Shown one piece after another: positions 18,064-28,119 of a DNA stretch of 64,000 bases. Position numbers and translations under genes: made by a program. The notes below the pieces were generated by a model. That model was not told the origin of the DNA. It made no database searches and worked only from the letters and a program-made list of their open reading frames with translations. The number at the start of each line of letters is the position of its first letter. Within the stretch, counting starts at the first letter, position 1. Source of the stretch: Sphingobium sp. (GTDB lineage Bacteria; Pseudomonadota; Alphaproteobacteria; Sphingomonadales; Sphingomonadaceae); NCBI GenBank assembly GCA_965228065.1, contig OZ245788.1, forward strand, positions 2,545,668-2,609,667, written 5' to 3'.

Positions 18064-19674
18064 ATGATCCAAGTCACCTCCACCAGACTGGCCCGGGTTG
18101 CGCTTGTCGCATGGGCGTTGACCCATATCAGCCCCGCGCTTGCGCAGGACGCGGATCCGCGCCTGGCCGATCTCGATCGCTATATCGAGCAGGTTCGTTC
18201 GGACTGGCAATTTCCCGGTGTCGCGGTGGCGGTCGTCGAGGAGGGCAAGGTCCTTTACGTGAAGGGCTTTGGTGTCCGCCAGAAAGGCAGGGCGGAGAAG
18301 GTCGATGCCGATACGCTGTTCGAGATCGGTTCGACCAGCAAGGCCTTTACCACGGCGGCGCTCGGCCTGCTGGTCGATGAGGGCAAGCTGCGCTGGGACG
18401 ATCCGGTGATCGATCATGTACCCGCTTTCCGTCTGCGCGATCCGTGGTTGACCAGCCATGTCACGGTGCGCGACCTGGTGAGCCACCGCACCGGCATCGC
18501 CGATCCGTCCTGGTTCGCACTGGGCATCATGAACCCGGACGAGGCGATGGCGCTGCTCCGCACCGCACCCGAAGCGACCCAGTTCCGCGACTCCTTTCTC
18601 TACAGCAACCTGATGTTCGGCGTGGCGCAGAAAGTGGTGGAGGCGCGGTCGGGCAAAAGTTGGCAGGATTTCGTGAAGTCCCGACTGTTCGGTCCACTCG
18701 GCATGGCGCGCAGCAAGACGGGCGTGCTCGATCTGTGGGACAGCGAGAACGCCACGCCCACCTTCATGGGCAGCGCCCCTTCCGGCAAGGCCGATCTGAC
18801 CCTGGCAAAGGATGGCAATGTGGCGATGCCGCACGGCATCACCGCCAATGGCACGATGGTGCCGATGGCGTGGCAGAGCTACGATAATGCCGCGGGCGCG
18901 GGGTCGGTCGTCTCCAGCGCGAACGACATGGCGAAATGGCTGATGCCGCATCTGAACGAAGGGCGCGCGAACGGCTTGACGATCCTGCGTCCGGAGACCG
19001 TGACCGAACTTCATGCCCAGCAGAATCTGCGCGGCCGCAGCCAGTTTCCCTTCGAAGGAAAGCATGAGGGTTATGCGCTGGGCTGGCAGACCGCCCGCTA
19101 TCGCGACATGGACTATGTTGCGCATGGCGGCGGCGTCATCGGCTTTCCCGCCTATGTGGCGACATTGCCTGACCGCAAGATCGGCGTGGTCGTGCTGGGC
19201 AACGGATTCCAGTCGGTGCGCGATGGCTATACACTGCACAAGGCGATCGCGTTTCATGTGTTCGATCGCCTGCTGAAGACACCCGGCCGCGACTGGCGCG
19301 CAGAAGCGCTGGCACGCTCGCGCGCAACGAAGGCCGCGATCGCAAAGCAGGATCAGGATCTTCTGGCCGCGCGTGGCGCGGCACCCGCTGTACAGCCGCT
19401 CGATCTTTATGCCGGATCCTATGAGGACAAGGCCGGCGGATCGGGTGTGGTCCGGGTGCGTGTTGAGGGAACCGGGCTTCGGCTGGCATTCGAAGGCAAG
19501 GGTGCTTTTTCCGCCGGGCTTGAGCCTTGGAAGCCGGGCCTGTTCCGTCTGCGCGCCGAGCCGAGCGTCGGCGATGTCGCGGGGCCGCAATTCGTGCCCT
19601 TCGTCATCGGGCCGGACGGGAAGGTCGCGACGATGACATTGCTCGGGTCCGTTCTCAAACGCACCGGAGACTAG
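18064..19674 (+). CDS. Beta-lactamase-fold serine hydrolase (class C / esterase / D-aminopeptidase-like) with C-terminal extra domain
   Basis: The start is MIQVTSTRLARVALVAWALTHISPALAQ (ATG at 18064), which is a signal peptide. The SxxK motif is IGSTSKAF and the YxN motif is LYSNLMF. Confidence 0.85.
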   Translation: MIQVTSTRLARVALVAWALTHISPALAQDADPRLADLDRYIEQVRSDWQFPGVAVAVVEEGKVLYVKGFGVRQKGRAEKVDADTLFEIGSTSKAFTTAALGLLVDEGKLRWDDPVIDHVPAFRLRDPWLTSHVTVRDLVSHRTGIADPSWFALGIMNPDEAMALLRTAPEATQFRDSFLYSNLMFGVAQKVVEARSGKSWQDFVKSRLFGPLGMARSKTGVLDLWDSENATPTFMGSAPSGKADLTLAKDGNVAMPHGITANGTMVPMAWQSYDNAAGAGSVVSSANDMAKWLMPHLNEGRANGLTILRPETVTELHAQQNLRGRSQFPFEGKHEGYALGWQTARYRDMDYVAHGGGVIGFPAYVATLPDRKIGVVVLGNGFQSVRDGYTLHKAIAFHVFDRLLKTPGRDWRAEALARSRATKAAIAKQDQDLLAARGAAPAVQPLDLYAGSYEDKAGGSGVVRVRVEGTGLRLAFEGKGAFSAGLEPWKPGLFRLRAEPSVGDVAGPQFVPFVIGPDGKVATMTLLGSVLKRTGD

Positions 19675-19747
19675 CTTGCCGGGCCGATATCGATCGGCGC
19701 TCCTCTTAAAAATGTGAAGCGTCCGTTCGGAAGAGCGGCGTGGGCTC

Positions 19748-19766
19748 GTCATTGATGATTATGAAG
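19748..19766. promoter_or_regulatory. Candidate Fur box upstream of ECF sigma gene 2
   Basis: GTCATTGATGATTATGAAG matches 11 of 19 positions of the canonical GATAATGATAATCATTATC (manual alignment). It ends 21 nt upstream of the sigma start at 19787. Confidence 0.3.
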
Positions 19767-19786
19767 TCGATTTTGGCTCAGCGGAG

Positions 19787-20305
19787 GTGACACGGCCCGA
19801 TCATGCGTCCGACGAGGGCGTGATCGTCGCGCTGTCGGCGCGATACCGGTCGGCGGTGATGGCGTTCTTCAGCCGGCGGATCGGCGATCGCAACGACGTC
19901 GAGGATATGACGCAGGACGTGTTCGTGTCGCTCAGCCGGCGCGCCGAACTCGACACCATCGACAATGCCGAACGCTATATCTTCCAGATCGCCGCCAATC
20001 TGCTCAGGGATCGCTTCCGGCGAAGCCGGATCAGGCCGGTGATCGAAAGCGAAGGCTATGCCGATCCCCATCATCGGCTGATCGACGAAATCTCGCCGGA
20101 ACGGGAATTGCTGGGCCGCGAAGCCTATACCGTCTTCATCGATGCACTGCAGGAATTGCCCGAACGCGTGCGGATGGTGTTCGTGCTCAATCGTTTCGAA
20201 GAAATGCCGGGGCGGGAAATCGCCGCGGCGCTCGGCGTGTCGCAGCGCCTTGTCGAAAAGGATATCAGCCGCGTACTGAAGCTCCTGAGGGAGCGATTGA
20301 AGTGA
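19787..20305 (+). CDS. ECF sigma factor, FecI-like, CSS module 2
   Basis: A GTG start follows GCGGAG. Region 2 reads NDVEDMTQDVFVSL. Region 4 reads RMVFVLNRFEEMPGREIAAALGVSQRLVEKDI. The stop overlaps the FecR start (GTGA). Confidence 0.85.
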   Translation: MTRPDHASDEGVIVALSARYRSAVMAFFSRRIGDRNDVEDMTQDVFVSLSRRAELDTIDNAERYIFQIAANLLRDRFRRSRIRPVIESEGYADPHHRLIDEISPERELLGREAYTVFIDALQELPERVRMVFVLNRFEEMPGREIAAALGVSQRLVEKDISRVLKLLRERLK

Positions 20306-21342
20306 CGCCGGGATCGAACCGACTGCCCGCCGATCCCGATGATGCGGCGATCTGGTGGGCAACGCGCCGCCAGATGGACCCGAAAAGGTTCGCCGAGGAT
20401 GCACGCTTTTCCGCGTGGCTCGCCGATCCGCGCCACGCACGGGCATGGGACGAGATCGATACGCGCGTCGATCTGGTCGGAAATTTCGCCGCGCAGCCCG
20501 AGGTCCGCGAGATGCGCGAAGCCGCGCTGGACATGGTCCGGACGCGCCGGCCCGACAGAAGAAGATATTGGGTCGCGGGCATCGCCATGGCGGCGAGCCT
20601 GGCTGCCGGGATCATCTGGTCGGGTGTGCCGACCGCGATCGTGCCGCCGCGACAGATGGCCGCCGGCAATCTTTATACGACGAAGGTCGGCGAGCGTCGC
20701 GAATTCACGCTGCCGGACGGATCGCGCGTTGCGCTGAATACGGGATCGACCCTCGAAGTCGCCTATTCCCGCGATCGGCGCGACGTTCGGCTGCTCGCGG
20801 GCCAGGCGTTGTTCCATGTCGCCAAGGACAAGAAGCGTCCGTTCGTCGTGGCTGCGGGAAGCCGGTTGATCACGGCGACGGGCACGGCCTTCGATGTCGA
20901 AATAAAACGGGGCGGGGGCGTCGCGGTGCTGCTCGTCGAGGGGCATGTGCGCGTCGACACAGCCAGACCGCAAGGATTGGCGCGCCTGATCCCGTGGATC
21001 GACCGCGACGAAATGGAGCCCGGACAACGGCTCGTCGCTCCGGTTTCCGGCGATGCGGTGGTGGCGTTCGGTGATGTCGAACGCGAGACCGCGTGGAACC
21101 GTGGCGTCCTGATCTTCCGCGACGATCGGCTGGCGGATGCTGTCGCGGAGATTAATCGCTATTCCACGACGATGCTGGTCGTCGAGGATCCGAGGATCGC
21201 CGACCTGCGCGTCAGTGGCGTGTTTCCAACGACCCAGGAAAAGGATTTCGTGGCCGCGCTCGAGGCTTTCTATCCGATCACGGCACGCCAACGATCGCCC
21301 GGTGCCATCACTCTTGAGTGGAAGTCAGACGCCCGGCCCTGA
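20302..21342 (+). CDS. FecR-family anti-sigma factor, CSS module 2
   Basis: The N-terminal part reads AAIWWATRRQ...FSAWLADPRHARAWDE. One TM helix (WVAGIAMAASLAAGIIW) is followed by a FecR domain (LPDGSRVALNTGSTLEV). Confidence 0.85.
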   Translation: MTPGSNRLPADPDDAAIWWATRRQMDPKRFAEDARFSAWLADPRHARAWDEIDTRVDLVGNFAAQPEVREMREAALDMVRTRRPDRRRYWVAGIAMAASLAAGIIWSGVPTAIVPPRQMAAGNLYTTKVGERREFTLPDGSRVALNTGSTLEVAYSRDRRDVRLLAGQALFHVAKDKKRPFVVAAGSRLITATGTAFDVEIKRGGGVAVLLVEGHVRVDTARPQGLARLIPWIDRDEMEPGQRLVAPVSGDAVVAFGDVERETAWNRGVLIFRDDRLADAVAEINRYSTTMLVVEDPRIADLRVSGVFPTTQEKDFVAALEAFYPITARQRSPGAITLEWKSDARP

Positions 21343-21371
21343 GCCTGTAAAAAAATCGTCATTCTGCGTTC

Positions 21372-21394
21372 GGAGCACCCGATTTTCCTCGTCC
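21372..21394 (+). promoter_or_regulatory. Candidate ECF-dependent promoter of transducer gene 2
   Basis: The sequence reads GGAG-N14-CGTCC, with CGTCC about 45 nt upstream of the ATG at 21440. The leader ends in the G-rich SD sequence GAGGGGGA. Confidence 0.3.
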
Positions 21395-21439
21395 TACCAA
21401 ATGGGCGGCAAAAGCCGCGGGGCATGAGGGGGACGGACA

Positions 21440-23920
21440 ATGCACAACAAGACAATCAGGCATATTCTCGCAGCGGCAATGGCCAGCGCGGCAGTCACCA
21501 CCATGATGATTCCGGTCACGTCTGCGCATGCGCAGGACCGCGCGCGCCGCGGGTTCAACATCCCTGCGCAGGACGTTGCGGCCGCGCTGGAGGAATTCGG
21601 GCGGCAGAGCGGCAAGGCGGTCATGTTCAATCGTGACCGGTTGACCGGCGCCCGATCGAAAACGGTCCGCGGCAATTACCCTGCCGATCAGGCACTGGGC
21701 CGTTTGCTGGAAGGAACCGGGCTGACCTTCCGCGCGGCCAATGCCAACGCCTATGTCGTCGAGACGCCGGCGCCGCGAGAAGTTTCGGAGGAGCGCGAAG
21801 GGCTGCCCGCCGACATCGTCATCACCGCACAGAAGCGCCGCGAAGTGCTGAAGGAGGTGCCGTTGAGCGTCACCGCGCTTCGGGGGGAAGAACTGGCCCA
21901 GCGGCAGCAGCATAGTTTCGCGGATTATGCGTCATCGGTTCCCGGCTTGTCGCTCGAAGGGCAGGGGCCAGGCGTGACGCGCGTCACCTTGCGCGGCCTG
22001 AATGCGGGCGGTGTCGGATCGACCGTTGCGATCTATGTCGACGAATCCCCGTTCGGATCGAGCACGGCGCTGCTCAACGGCGGATCGCTGGCGGGCGATA
22101 TCGACACCTGGGACCTGCAGCGCGTCGAGGTGCTGAGCGGACCGCAGGGTACATTATATGGCGCCAACGCGCAGGGCGGACTGATCAAGTTCGTCGGCAA
22201 CACGCCCGACACAAGCGGTGCCGAAGGCGCGGCGGAATTGGCCTGGGAAACGATCAAGAGCGGGGAGTCCGGCCTGGCCGTGCGCGGCATGGTCAACCTG
22301 CCGCTCAGCGACAGCGTTGCCGTCCGCGTCAGCGGATATGAGCAGAAAATGCCCGGCTTCATCGACAATACGCTGCTGGGCAATCGCAACATCAATGGCG
22401 GGCGGAAGTTCGGCGGCCGTGCCGCGATCCTGCTCAAGCCGACCGAAGATCTGTCGATCACGCTGACGGCCATGGGGCAGCAGACCAAATATGGCGGCAC
22501 CTACGTCATCGATACCGATCCGGTGACGTTGGAGCCCGGCCATGGCGATCTGGTCCAGCAGCGATATCTGCGGGAAAATATGCGGTTCCGCTATCAGAAC
22601 TACAACGCGACGGCGAATTGGGATCTGGGCGCCGTCTCACTGGTATCGACGACCAGCTATGGCGTGCTCGATGCCAGGCAGCCGATCGATTTTTCTTCCA
22701 TCTATGCGCTGGAGCCGATCACCTATCGCGAATATCTGACCGATTACCTGTTCGGAGAGCCGCTTGCTTTGGGGCTGCTGCAGAACATCAACCTGAAGAA
22801 GTTCACGCAGGAAGTGCGACTGTCTTCCGCTGAATCCGACAGGCTGGAATGGCAGGTCGGCGGCTATTACACGCATGAAAAGGCGTATCTGAACCAGCTG
22901 TTCACCGGCTATATCCTGGGTACGCAGACGCCGTCGCCGAACCTGCCGCTGCTGCAGACGCTGACCCTGTCATCGACCTATTCCGAATATGCCGGTTTTG
23001 CGAATGTGACGCTGAAGCTGAGCCCTGCATTCGATGTGCGTGTCGGCGGGCGTTATTCCGACAACAGGCAGAATGCACTTCAGGAGGGCGATGGCTATTT
23101 CTTCGGCGGCACGCCGATTTCGTTCACGGCCAAATCGGTCGGCAAGGTGTTCACCTATTCGGTCGCGCCGCGCTGGAAGATCAGCCGCGATCTGATGGTC
23201 TATGCGCGGGTGGCCAGCGGCTTTCGTCCGGGCGGCCCGAACATCCTGCCGCCGATGGTCGATCCAGCGGTGCCCCGGCAATATGATGCGGATACCACGA
23301 CCAATTACGAAGTGGGCGTAAGATCGACGTTGCTCGATGGCCGGCTGTCGCTCGATCTGACGGCGTTCCTTGTCGACTGGGATCATATCCAGCTTTTGCA
23401 GGTCGTGCAGAACACCGGGGTAAACGCCAATGGTGGAAAGGCACGCAGCCAGGGCATCGAGTGGAACATCACGGCGGTGCCGGTGAAGGGCCTCACGCTC
23501 AAATTCGTCGGCGCCTATACTGATGCCAAGCTGACGACATCGAGCCCGTCGTCGATCGAGGCCGTTGCGGGAAGCCGGTTGCCCTTCGTTTCGAAGTGGG
23601 GCCAGTCGGTTGACGCCGAATATTCGCTGCCGGTCTTTTCGGACTATAACGCCTATATTGGCGGGCGCTGGAGCTATGTCGGCGACCGCTATTCGGGCTT
23701 CGATCTCGCCGGCCAGAAACTGATCCCGCATTACGACACGATCGATCTGCGACTGGGGCTGCAGGGCAAGAGATATTCCGCGGGGCTTTATGTGAAGAAT
23801 CTCGGCAACAGTCGCGGGCTGACATCCTATGGGTCGGGGGCGATTGCACCCGATGGATTGGGCAGCGCAAGCATCGTCCAGCCCCGGACGGTCGGCATCT
23901 CGCTTTCCGGCCGGTTCTGA
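21440..23920 (+). CDS. TonB-dependent receptor/transducer with STN domain, CSS module 2
   Basis: A signal peptide is followed by an STN segment (FNIPAQDVAAALEEFGRQSGKAVMF...LGRLLEGTGL). The plug reads VEVLSGPQGTLYGANAQGGLIKF. The C-terminus reads ...GISLSGRF. Confidence 0.9.
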   Translation: MHNKTIRHILAAAMASAAVTTMMIPVTSAHAQDRARRGFNIPAQDVAAALEEFGRQSGKAVMFNRDRLTGARSKTVRGNYPADQALGRLLEGTGLTFRAANANAYVVETPAPREVSEEREGLPADIVITAQKRREVLKEVPLSVTALRGEELAQRQQHSFADYASSVPGLSLEGQGPGVTRVTLRGLNAGGVGSTVAIYVDESPFGSSTALLNGGSLAGDIDTWDLQRVEVLSGPQGTLYGANAQGGLIKFVGNTPDTSGAEGAAELAWETIKSGESGLAVRGMVNLPLSDSVAVRVSGYEQKMPGFIDNTLLGNRNINGGRKFGGRAAILLKPTEDLSITLTAMGQQTKYGGTYVIDTDPVTLEPGHGDLVQQRYLRENMRFRYQNYNATANWDLGAVSLVSTTSYGVLDARQPIDFSSIYALEPITYREYLTDYLFGEPLALGLLQNINLKKFTQEVRLSSAESDRLEWQVGGYYTHEKAYLNQLFTGYILGTQTPSPNLPLLQTLTLSSTYSEYAGFANVTLKLSPAFDVRVGGRYSDNRQNALQEGDGYFFGGTPISFTAKSVGKVFTYSVAPRWKISRDLMVYARVASGFRPGGPNILPPMVDPAVPRQYDADTTTNYEVGVRSTLLDGRLSLDLTAFLVDWDHIQLLQVVQNTGVNANGGKARSQGIEWNITAVPVKGLTLKFVGAYTDAKLTTSSPSSIEAVAGSRLPFVSKWGQSVDAEYSLPVFSDYNAYIGGRWSYVGDRYSGFDLAGQKLIPHYDTIDLRLGLQGKRYSAGLYVKNLGNSRGLTSYGSGAIAPDGLGSASIVQPRTVGISLSGRF

Positions 23921-23943
23921 CGATCAAAACGAAGAAGAAGGGT

Positions 23944-24984
23944 TTGGCGATGGGCGTGTGGGTGGGGCGGCTCAAGACCGTAGCGAAATGGATCGCGATC
24001 GTGATCGTGGCGATCATTCTCGTCACGCTGATCGGCGGCGCGCTTTACGAGCAATATGCGCGCCGCGATGTCGAGACGCGTTTCCCGCCGCGCGGCCAGA
24101 TGGTCGATATCGGTGGGCGGCGCATCCATCTCGATTGTCGCGGCAGCGGATCGCCCACCGTCATTCTCGAATCCGGCCTCGACATCAACGGCACGCTGGC
24201 CTGGTACAAGGTGCAGGATGCGATCGCGAAGACGACGCGGGTCTGCTCTTCGGATCGTGCCGGCATCATGTGGAGCGATGCGCCACCCCATGCGCAGGAT
24301 GGCGATCATGCCGCGCGCGACCTTCATGCCGCATTGGCCGGGGCGGGGATCAAGGGGCCGCTGGTGCTGGTCGGCCATTCGCTCGGTGGGCCGTATATCA
24401 TGAACTATACGCGGCAGTTCGGTGGCAATGTGAAGGGGCTGGTCTTCGTCGATGCTTCGCATCCCGATCAGATCGCAAAGCTCACCCTGCCGGGCAAGCA
24501 GCCGGAATCTCCCGAACTCCCGCTCGTTCTGCGGATTATAGGCAAGCTGTCATGGACGGGATTTGCCCGGTTGCTGCCCGCGCAGCAGGGTACGCCGGAC
24601 GAACCGAAGGCGATCACCGATGCGCGTCAGGCTTATATAGGTCACAGTATGCAGGGCGCGATCGCCGAAATGACGGCACTGCCGACGATCTTCGCGCAGG
24701 GCGGCAAATTGCGGACGCTGGGCGATCGGCCGATCGTCGTGCTCACCGCGATGAAACCCAATTCGCCGGAAGAACTCCAGGCACAAGGGCTGACGCCGGC
24801 CGAGGGGCTTGCCCAGCAGAAATTGTGGCAGGGGCTGCATGACGACGAGGCAAGCTGGTCGACCCGCTCGCGGCATGAACTGGTGCCCGATGCAGGCCAC
24901 TATATCCAGCTGGAGCGCCCCGATGTGGTGCTTCGCGCGGTAGATGAAGTGGTGGCCGCGGTGCGGGCGGATGGGGCTCGGTAG
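23944..24984 (+). CDS. Alpha/beta hydrolase with N-terminal membrane anchor
   Basis: The TM helix is WIAIVIVAIILVTLIGGAL and the nucleophile elbow is LVGHSLGG. It is a paralogue of the 50583-51629 product. ATG at 23950 is an alternative to the TTG at 23944. Confidence 0.8.
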   Translation: MAMGVWVGRLKTVAKWIAIVIVAIILVTLIGGALYEQYARRDVETRFPPRGQMVDIGGRRIHLDCRGSGSPTVILESGLDINGTLAWYKVQDAIAKTTRVCSSDRAGIMWSDAPPHAQDGDHAARDLHAALAGAGIKGPLVLVGHSLGGPYIMNYTRQFGGNVKGLVFVDASHPDQIAKLTLPGKQPESPELPLVLRIIGKLSWTGFARLLPAQQGTPDEPKAITDARQAYIGHSMQGAIAEMTALPTIFAQGGKLRTLGDRPIVVLTAMKPNSPEELQAQGLTPAEGLAQQKLWQGLHDDEASWSTRSRHELVPDAGHYIQLERPDVVLRAVDEVVAAVRADGAR

Positions 24985-25003
24985 GCTGATTGGGGACTGC
25001 TAA

Positions 25004-25031
25004 ATTCTCCTCTCTGCGGCGGGGAGGATAA
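25004..25031. repeat. Solo hairpin related to the arms of the 48573-48734 element
   Basis: ATTCTCCTCTCTGCGGCGGGGAGGATAA can be compared with ATTCTCCTCCCTGTCGAAGACGGGGAGGG at 48571-48599. Confidence 0.5.
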
Positions 25032-25106
25032 AGTCTCACTGCACGCATTGCCTCGCGGGCGGCACTCCGCCTAATCCTCCGCACGTCAACGGAGGGGAAT
25101 ATCGTC

Positions 25107-26315
25107 ATGCTGCACCCGGTCGCCACCACGCTCATGCTTGCCGCGTCACTCATAGCCAGCCCGGCCGTGGCCAATGAGCACGCCTTTCGTGAGGCACTGG
25201 GCGCGTTCCGCACCGTCCACCGTGAGGAAGCGAAGAAGGCGGGGATCGCGGGCAGCAGCTTCTACGTCGTGCGCGACGGCAGGACGGTCGCGGCGGATCA
25301 TCTGGGCGAACAGGATGCCGACGCGCATGTGCCCGTCGATGCGCAGACCATCTATCACTGGGCGTCGATCACCAAGACAATGACGGGCATCGCGATCATG
25401 CAGCTGCGCGATCGTGGGCTGCTGAAACTCGACGATCCAATCCTCCGTTATGTTCCCGAACTCGCGGCGGTGCACAATCCGTTCGGCGATACGAATGCGA
25501 TCACGCTGCGCCAACTGATGAGCCACAGCGCTGGCTTCGGCGGCGCGACCTGGCCGTGGCGCGACCATGACTGGCAGCCGTTCGAGCCGAAGAGCTGGTC
25601 GCAGCTCGTCGCGATGTTCCCCTATACCGAAGTGAAGTTCAAACCGGGCTCGCGCTTCCGCTACTCCAATCCCGGCATCATCTATCTCGGCCAGGTGATC
25701 GAGCGGCTCTCGGGCGAGGATTTCGAAGTCTATATCGACAAGAACATCCTCAGGCCGCTCGGCATGCATGCCAGCTATTTCGACCATACGCCGCCGCATC
25801 TGCTGCCGCACCGGTCGCACAGCTATTATGTCCGCGACGGCAAGCGCACTGCGGCGCCGTTCGACGTCGATACCGGCGTGACCGTGTCGAATGGCGGGCT
25901 GAATGCGCCGATGCCCGACATGGCGAAATATCTCGCCTTTCTGCTCGGCGATCCGGCGCGCGGGGCCGATTACGACCTGGTGCTCAAGCGATCCTCGCTG
26001 GAGGAGATGTGGCAGCCGCAGATTTCGGCGGGCGAAGATTTCACGCAGGGCCGCATGGCGGAGACGACGCAGTCCGGCTTGTCCTTCTTCGTCGATCGCT
26101 TCGAAGGCGTTCGCGTGATCCGCCATCATGGCGACCAGAACGGTTTCCGCGCCTATCTGAGCTTCTGCCCCGACCAGCATGCCGGCAGCCTGCTCGCTTT
26201 CAACACCGAGACGCGCGACGTGCAGAACAGCCCGGCCAATCGCGACACCTCTGAATCGCGGGTTGCGCTGGCCGCCGATGCTTTTTGCACGGCGCTGGCG
26301 AAGCCGGGGAAATGA
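25107..26315 (+). CDS. Beta-lactamase-fold serine hydrolase
   Basis: A signal peptide is present. The SxxK motif is WASITKTM and the YxN motif is RYSNPGI. The ORF is 402 aa. Confidence 0.85.
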   Translation: MLHPVATTLMLAASLIASPAVANEHAFREALGAFRTVHREEAKKAGIAGSSFYVVRDGRTVAADHLGEQDADAHVPVDAQTIYHWASITKTMTGIAIMQLRDRGLLKLDDPILRYVPELAAVHNPFGDTNAITLRQLMSHSAGFGGATWPWRDHDWQPFEPKSWSQLVAMFPYTEVKFKPGSRFRYSNPGIIYLGQVIERLSGEDFEVYIDKNILRPLGMHASYFDHTPPHLLPHRSHSYYVRDGKRTAAPFDVDTGVTVSNGGLNAPMPDMAKYLAFLLGDPARGADYDLVLKRSSLEEMWQPQISAGEDFTQGRMAETTQSGLSFFVDRFEGVRVIRHHGDQNGFRAYLSFCPDQHAGSLLAFNTETRDVQNSPANRDTSESRVALAADAFCTALAKPGK

Positions 26316-26337
26316 CGCCTTAAGAGTCGTTTCGGCA

Positions 26338-26447
26338 AAGTTGAATCGTCATTGCGAGGGGCGTAGCCCCGCGGCAATCCAATGCCGAGCCACCCTGGAT
26401 TGCTTCGCTGCGCTCGCAATGACGAGTATTTCGAAGTGTAGATTCAA
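26338..26447. repeat. REP/MITE-like inverted repeat (GTCATTGCGAG...CTCGCAATGAC family)
   Basis: The left arm is CGTCATTGCGAGGGGCGTAGCCCCGCGGCAATCCA (26346-26380). The right arm is TGGATTGCTTCGCTGCGCTCGCAATGACG (26395-26423). The outer pair is GTTGAAT / ATTCAAT. Confidence 0.8.
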
Positions 26448-26534
26448 TTTCTAGACAAAGACCATGCAGGCTTTGGCCGTACAACCGCTAGAAGGGGTGG
26501 GCTGGGGGGCGAACCGCATGACGATGTCTTCGAA

Positions 26535-28106
26535 ATGACCGGATTCGGGCTGATCGCCGGTGCGGCGGTCGTCGTTCCGGCGATTCTGGTTGCGGCGGTG
26601 CCGCGTCGATGGGTCCTCCGGACCATGCTCGCCTGGGCGGCCTCTCCGGTGTTCGCCTATATCGGCGTGATCATCTGGGAAACCATTTCGCGTCCCGGTG
26701 CCGGCTATGGCCTGACCAATGCCTTGCTCGGTTTCTCGCTGATCAGCGCGATCTTTGCCATTCCCTGGGGGATTGCCTGCCTGACCGGCTTCGCGGCGGG
26801 TATGGGATTGCGGCGATTGTTTCGTGGACCAGCGGCGGCCACCGCCGCGCCGCCGCCCGCTGCACCGCCGACACTGCAGAAGACCGAACCAGCGCCGATC
26901 GCCTTCGCGGTTCCGGCTTCGGACGGAACGGCCGATGCGATCGAATGGCGACAGGCGCATATCGGCTTTTCGGGCGATGGGCTGAAGATCCAGGGGCTCG
27001 ATGTCTGGGCGCAGAACTGGCGCAGCATCGATACGCCGGCGCTCACCCTCTGCCATCCCGCCTACCCGCAGCAGATGCATCGCTTCACCGTACAGGAGAT
27101 CGGGGAGGGGGCATCAGTTGCGCGCTTCGCGGTCAGCGAACTCTCCAACGGAGTCTACGGCTTTTATGTGCCGACCCGTTACCCGGTCGAGGCGCAGGGC
27201 CTCTCCGCCGACGGTTCGTTGCGCTTCGAGCAGCGCGATGGCGAGGTCGTCAACGGCAGGCCGGATGCTATCGCGACCTGGGCCGTATTGATCGACGCGG
27301 AAACCGAGCGTGTCCTGGTCGATTGCGCGGCCTGGCCGGCAAGCCGGATCAGCACCAATCCCGATGGCAGCCTGTTCCTCCGGCTTCGTCAGGATGACGG
27401 CGAAACGCTGTTGCGGATCGACCCGGCTGCGCGCAGCTTTCGTGACCAGGGACAGAACGGCACGGACCGGCCGCTGGCCGAACTTGCCGACACGGTCGAA
27501 CGGCTGCGCCAGGAGCGGGCGGATCAGCCGCCCGGCCCGAACTACCGCCATATCTCACCCGACGGCACGATCGCGGTCGAGATCGTCGCGGTCGAATGGG
27601 GCAATTCGCACTGGGTGAACACGCCACGGGTGATCGATATCGCCAGCGGCCGCGTCGTGCTCGATCTGTGGGACAGGGATTGGGACGCCAGCATTTCCTG
27701 GCCCGGCGATCGCCGCGTCGCGCTCGATTTCCGGCGCTATCATTTCAGCGGCGACCTCGCGATCGAACTCGACCTGGCGAATGATCGCTACACGATCACG
27801 CGCGAAGGCGGTGGGACCGCACCGTTTCCCTCCGGCCCGCTCGACGAGGCAGCCGATGCCATGGAGGCATCCGGCCGCCGCACCGCGGCGTTCGCGGCGC
27901 AGACCAATACGGGCCGACCGATCTTCGAGGCGGGCATCAAGCCGAGCCCGTTCGCGGCGTGGCGCACGGCGCTGCTGATCCTGCTGGTTGCGGCCGTCAT
28001 CATTGCCGTCGCGGCGGCAATCGCGATCCGCTCGGAACCGGAGCATCAGCCGCAGGTGATCCGCGAAATCCCCAAACCGCAGCTTTCACCATCGCCCGAA
28101 GGGTAA
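26535..28106 (+). CDS. Hypothetical polytopic membrane protein with large central soluble domain (unknown family)
   Basis: The ORF is 523 aa. Four N-terminal TM helices are followed by an Ala/Pro-rich linker (AAATAAPPPAAPPTLQ). A soluble region of about 330 aa carries PD40-like xPDG(S/T) strands (SADGSLRF, NPDGSLFLRL, SPDGTIAVEI). A C-terminal TM helix (ALLILLVAAVIIAVAAAIAI) closes the protein. GC3 is high. Confidence 0.6.
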   Translation: MTGFGLIAGAAVVVPAILVAAVPRRWVLRTMLAWAASPVFAYIGVIIWETISRPGAGYGLTNALLGFSLISAIFAIPWGIACLTGFAAGMGLRRLFRGPAAATAAPPPAAPPTLQKTEPAPIAFAVPASDGTADAIEWRQAHIGFSGDGLKIQGLDVWAQNWRSIDTPALTLCHPAYPQQMHRFTVQEIGEGASVARFAVSELSNGVYGFYVPTRYPVEAQGLSADGSLRFEQRDGEVVNGRPDAIATWAVLIDAETERVLVDCAAWPASRISTNPDGSLFLRLRQDDGETLLRIDPAARSFRDQGQNGTDRPLAELADTVERLRQERADQPPGPNYRHISPDGTIAVEIVAVEWGNSHWVNTPRVIDIASGRVVLDLWDRDWDASISWPGDRRVALDFRRYHFSGDLAIELDLANDRYTITREGGGTAPFPSGPLDEAADAMEASGRRTAAFAAQTNTGRPIFEAGIKPSPFAAWRTALLILLVAAVIIAVAAAIAIRSEPEHQPQVIREIPKPQLSPSPEG

Positions 28107-28119
28107 GGAGTGCGCCCCT

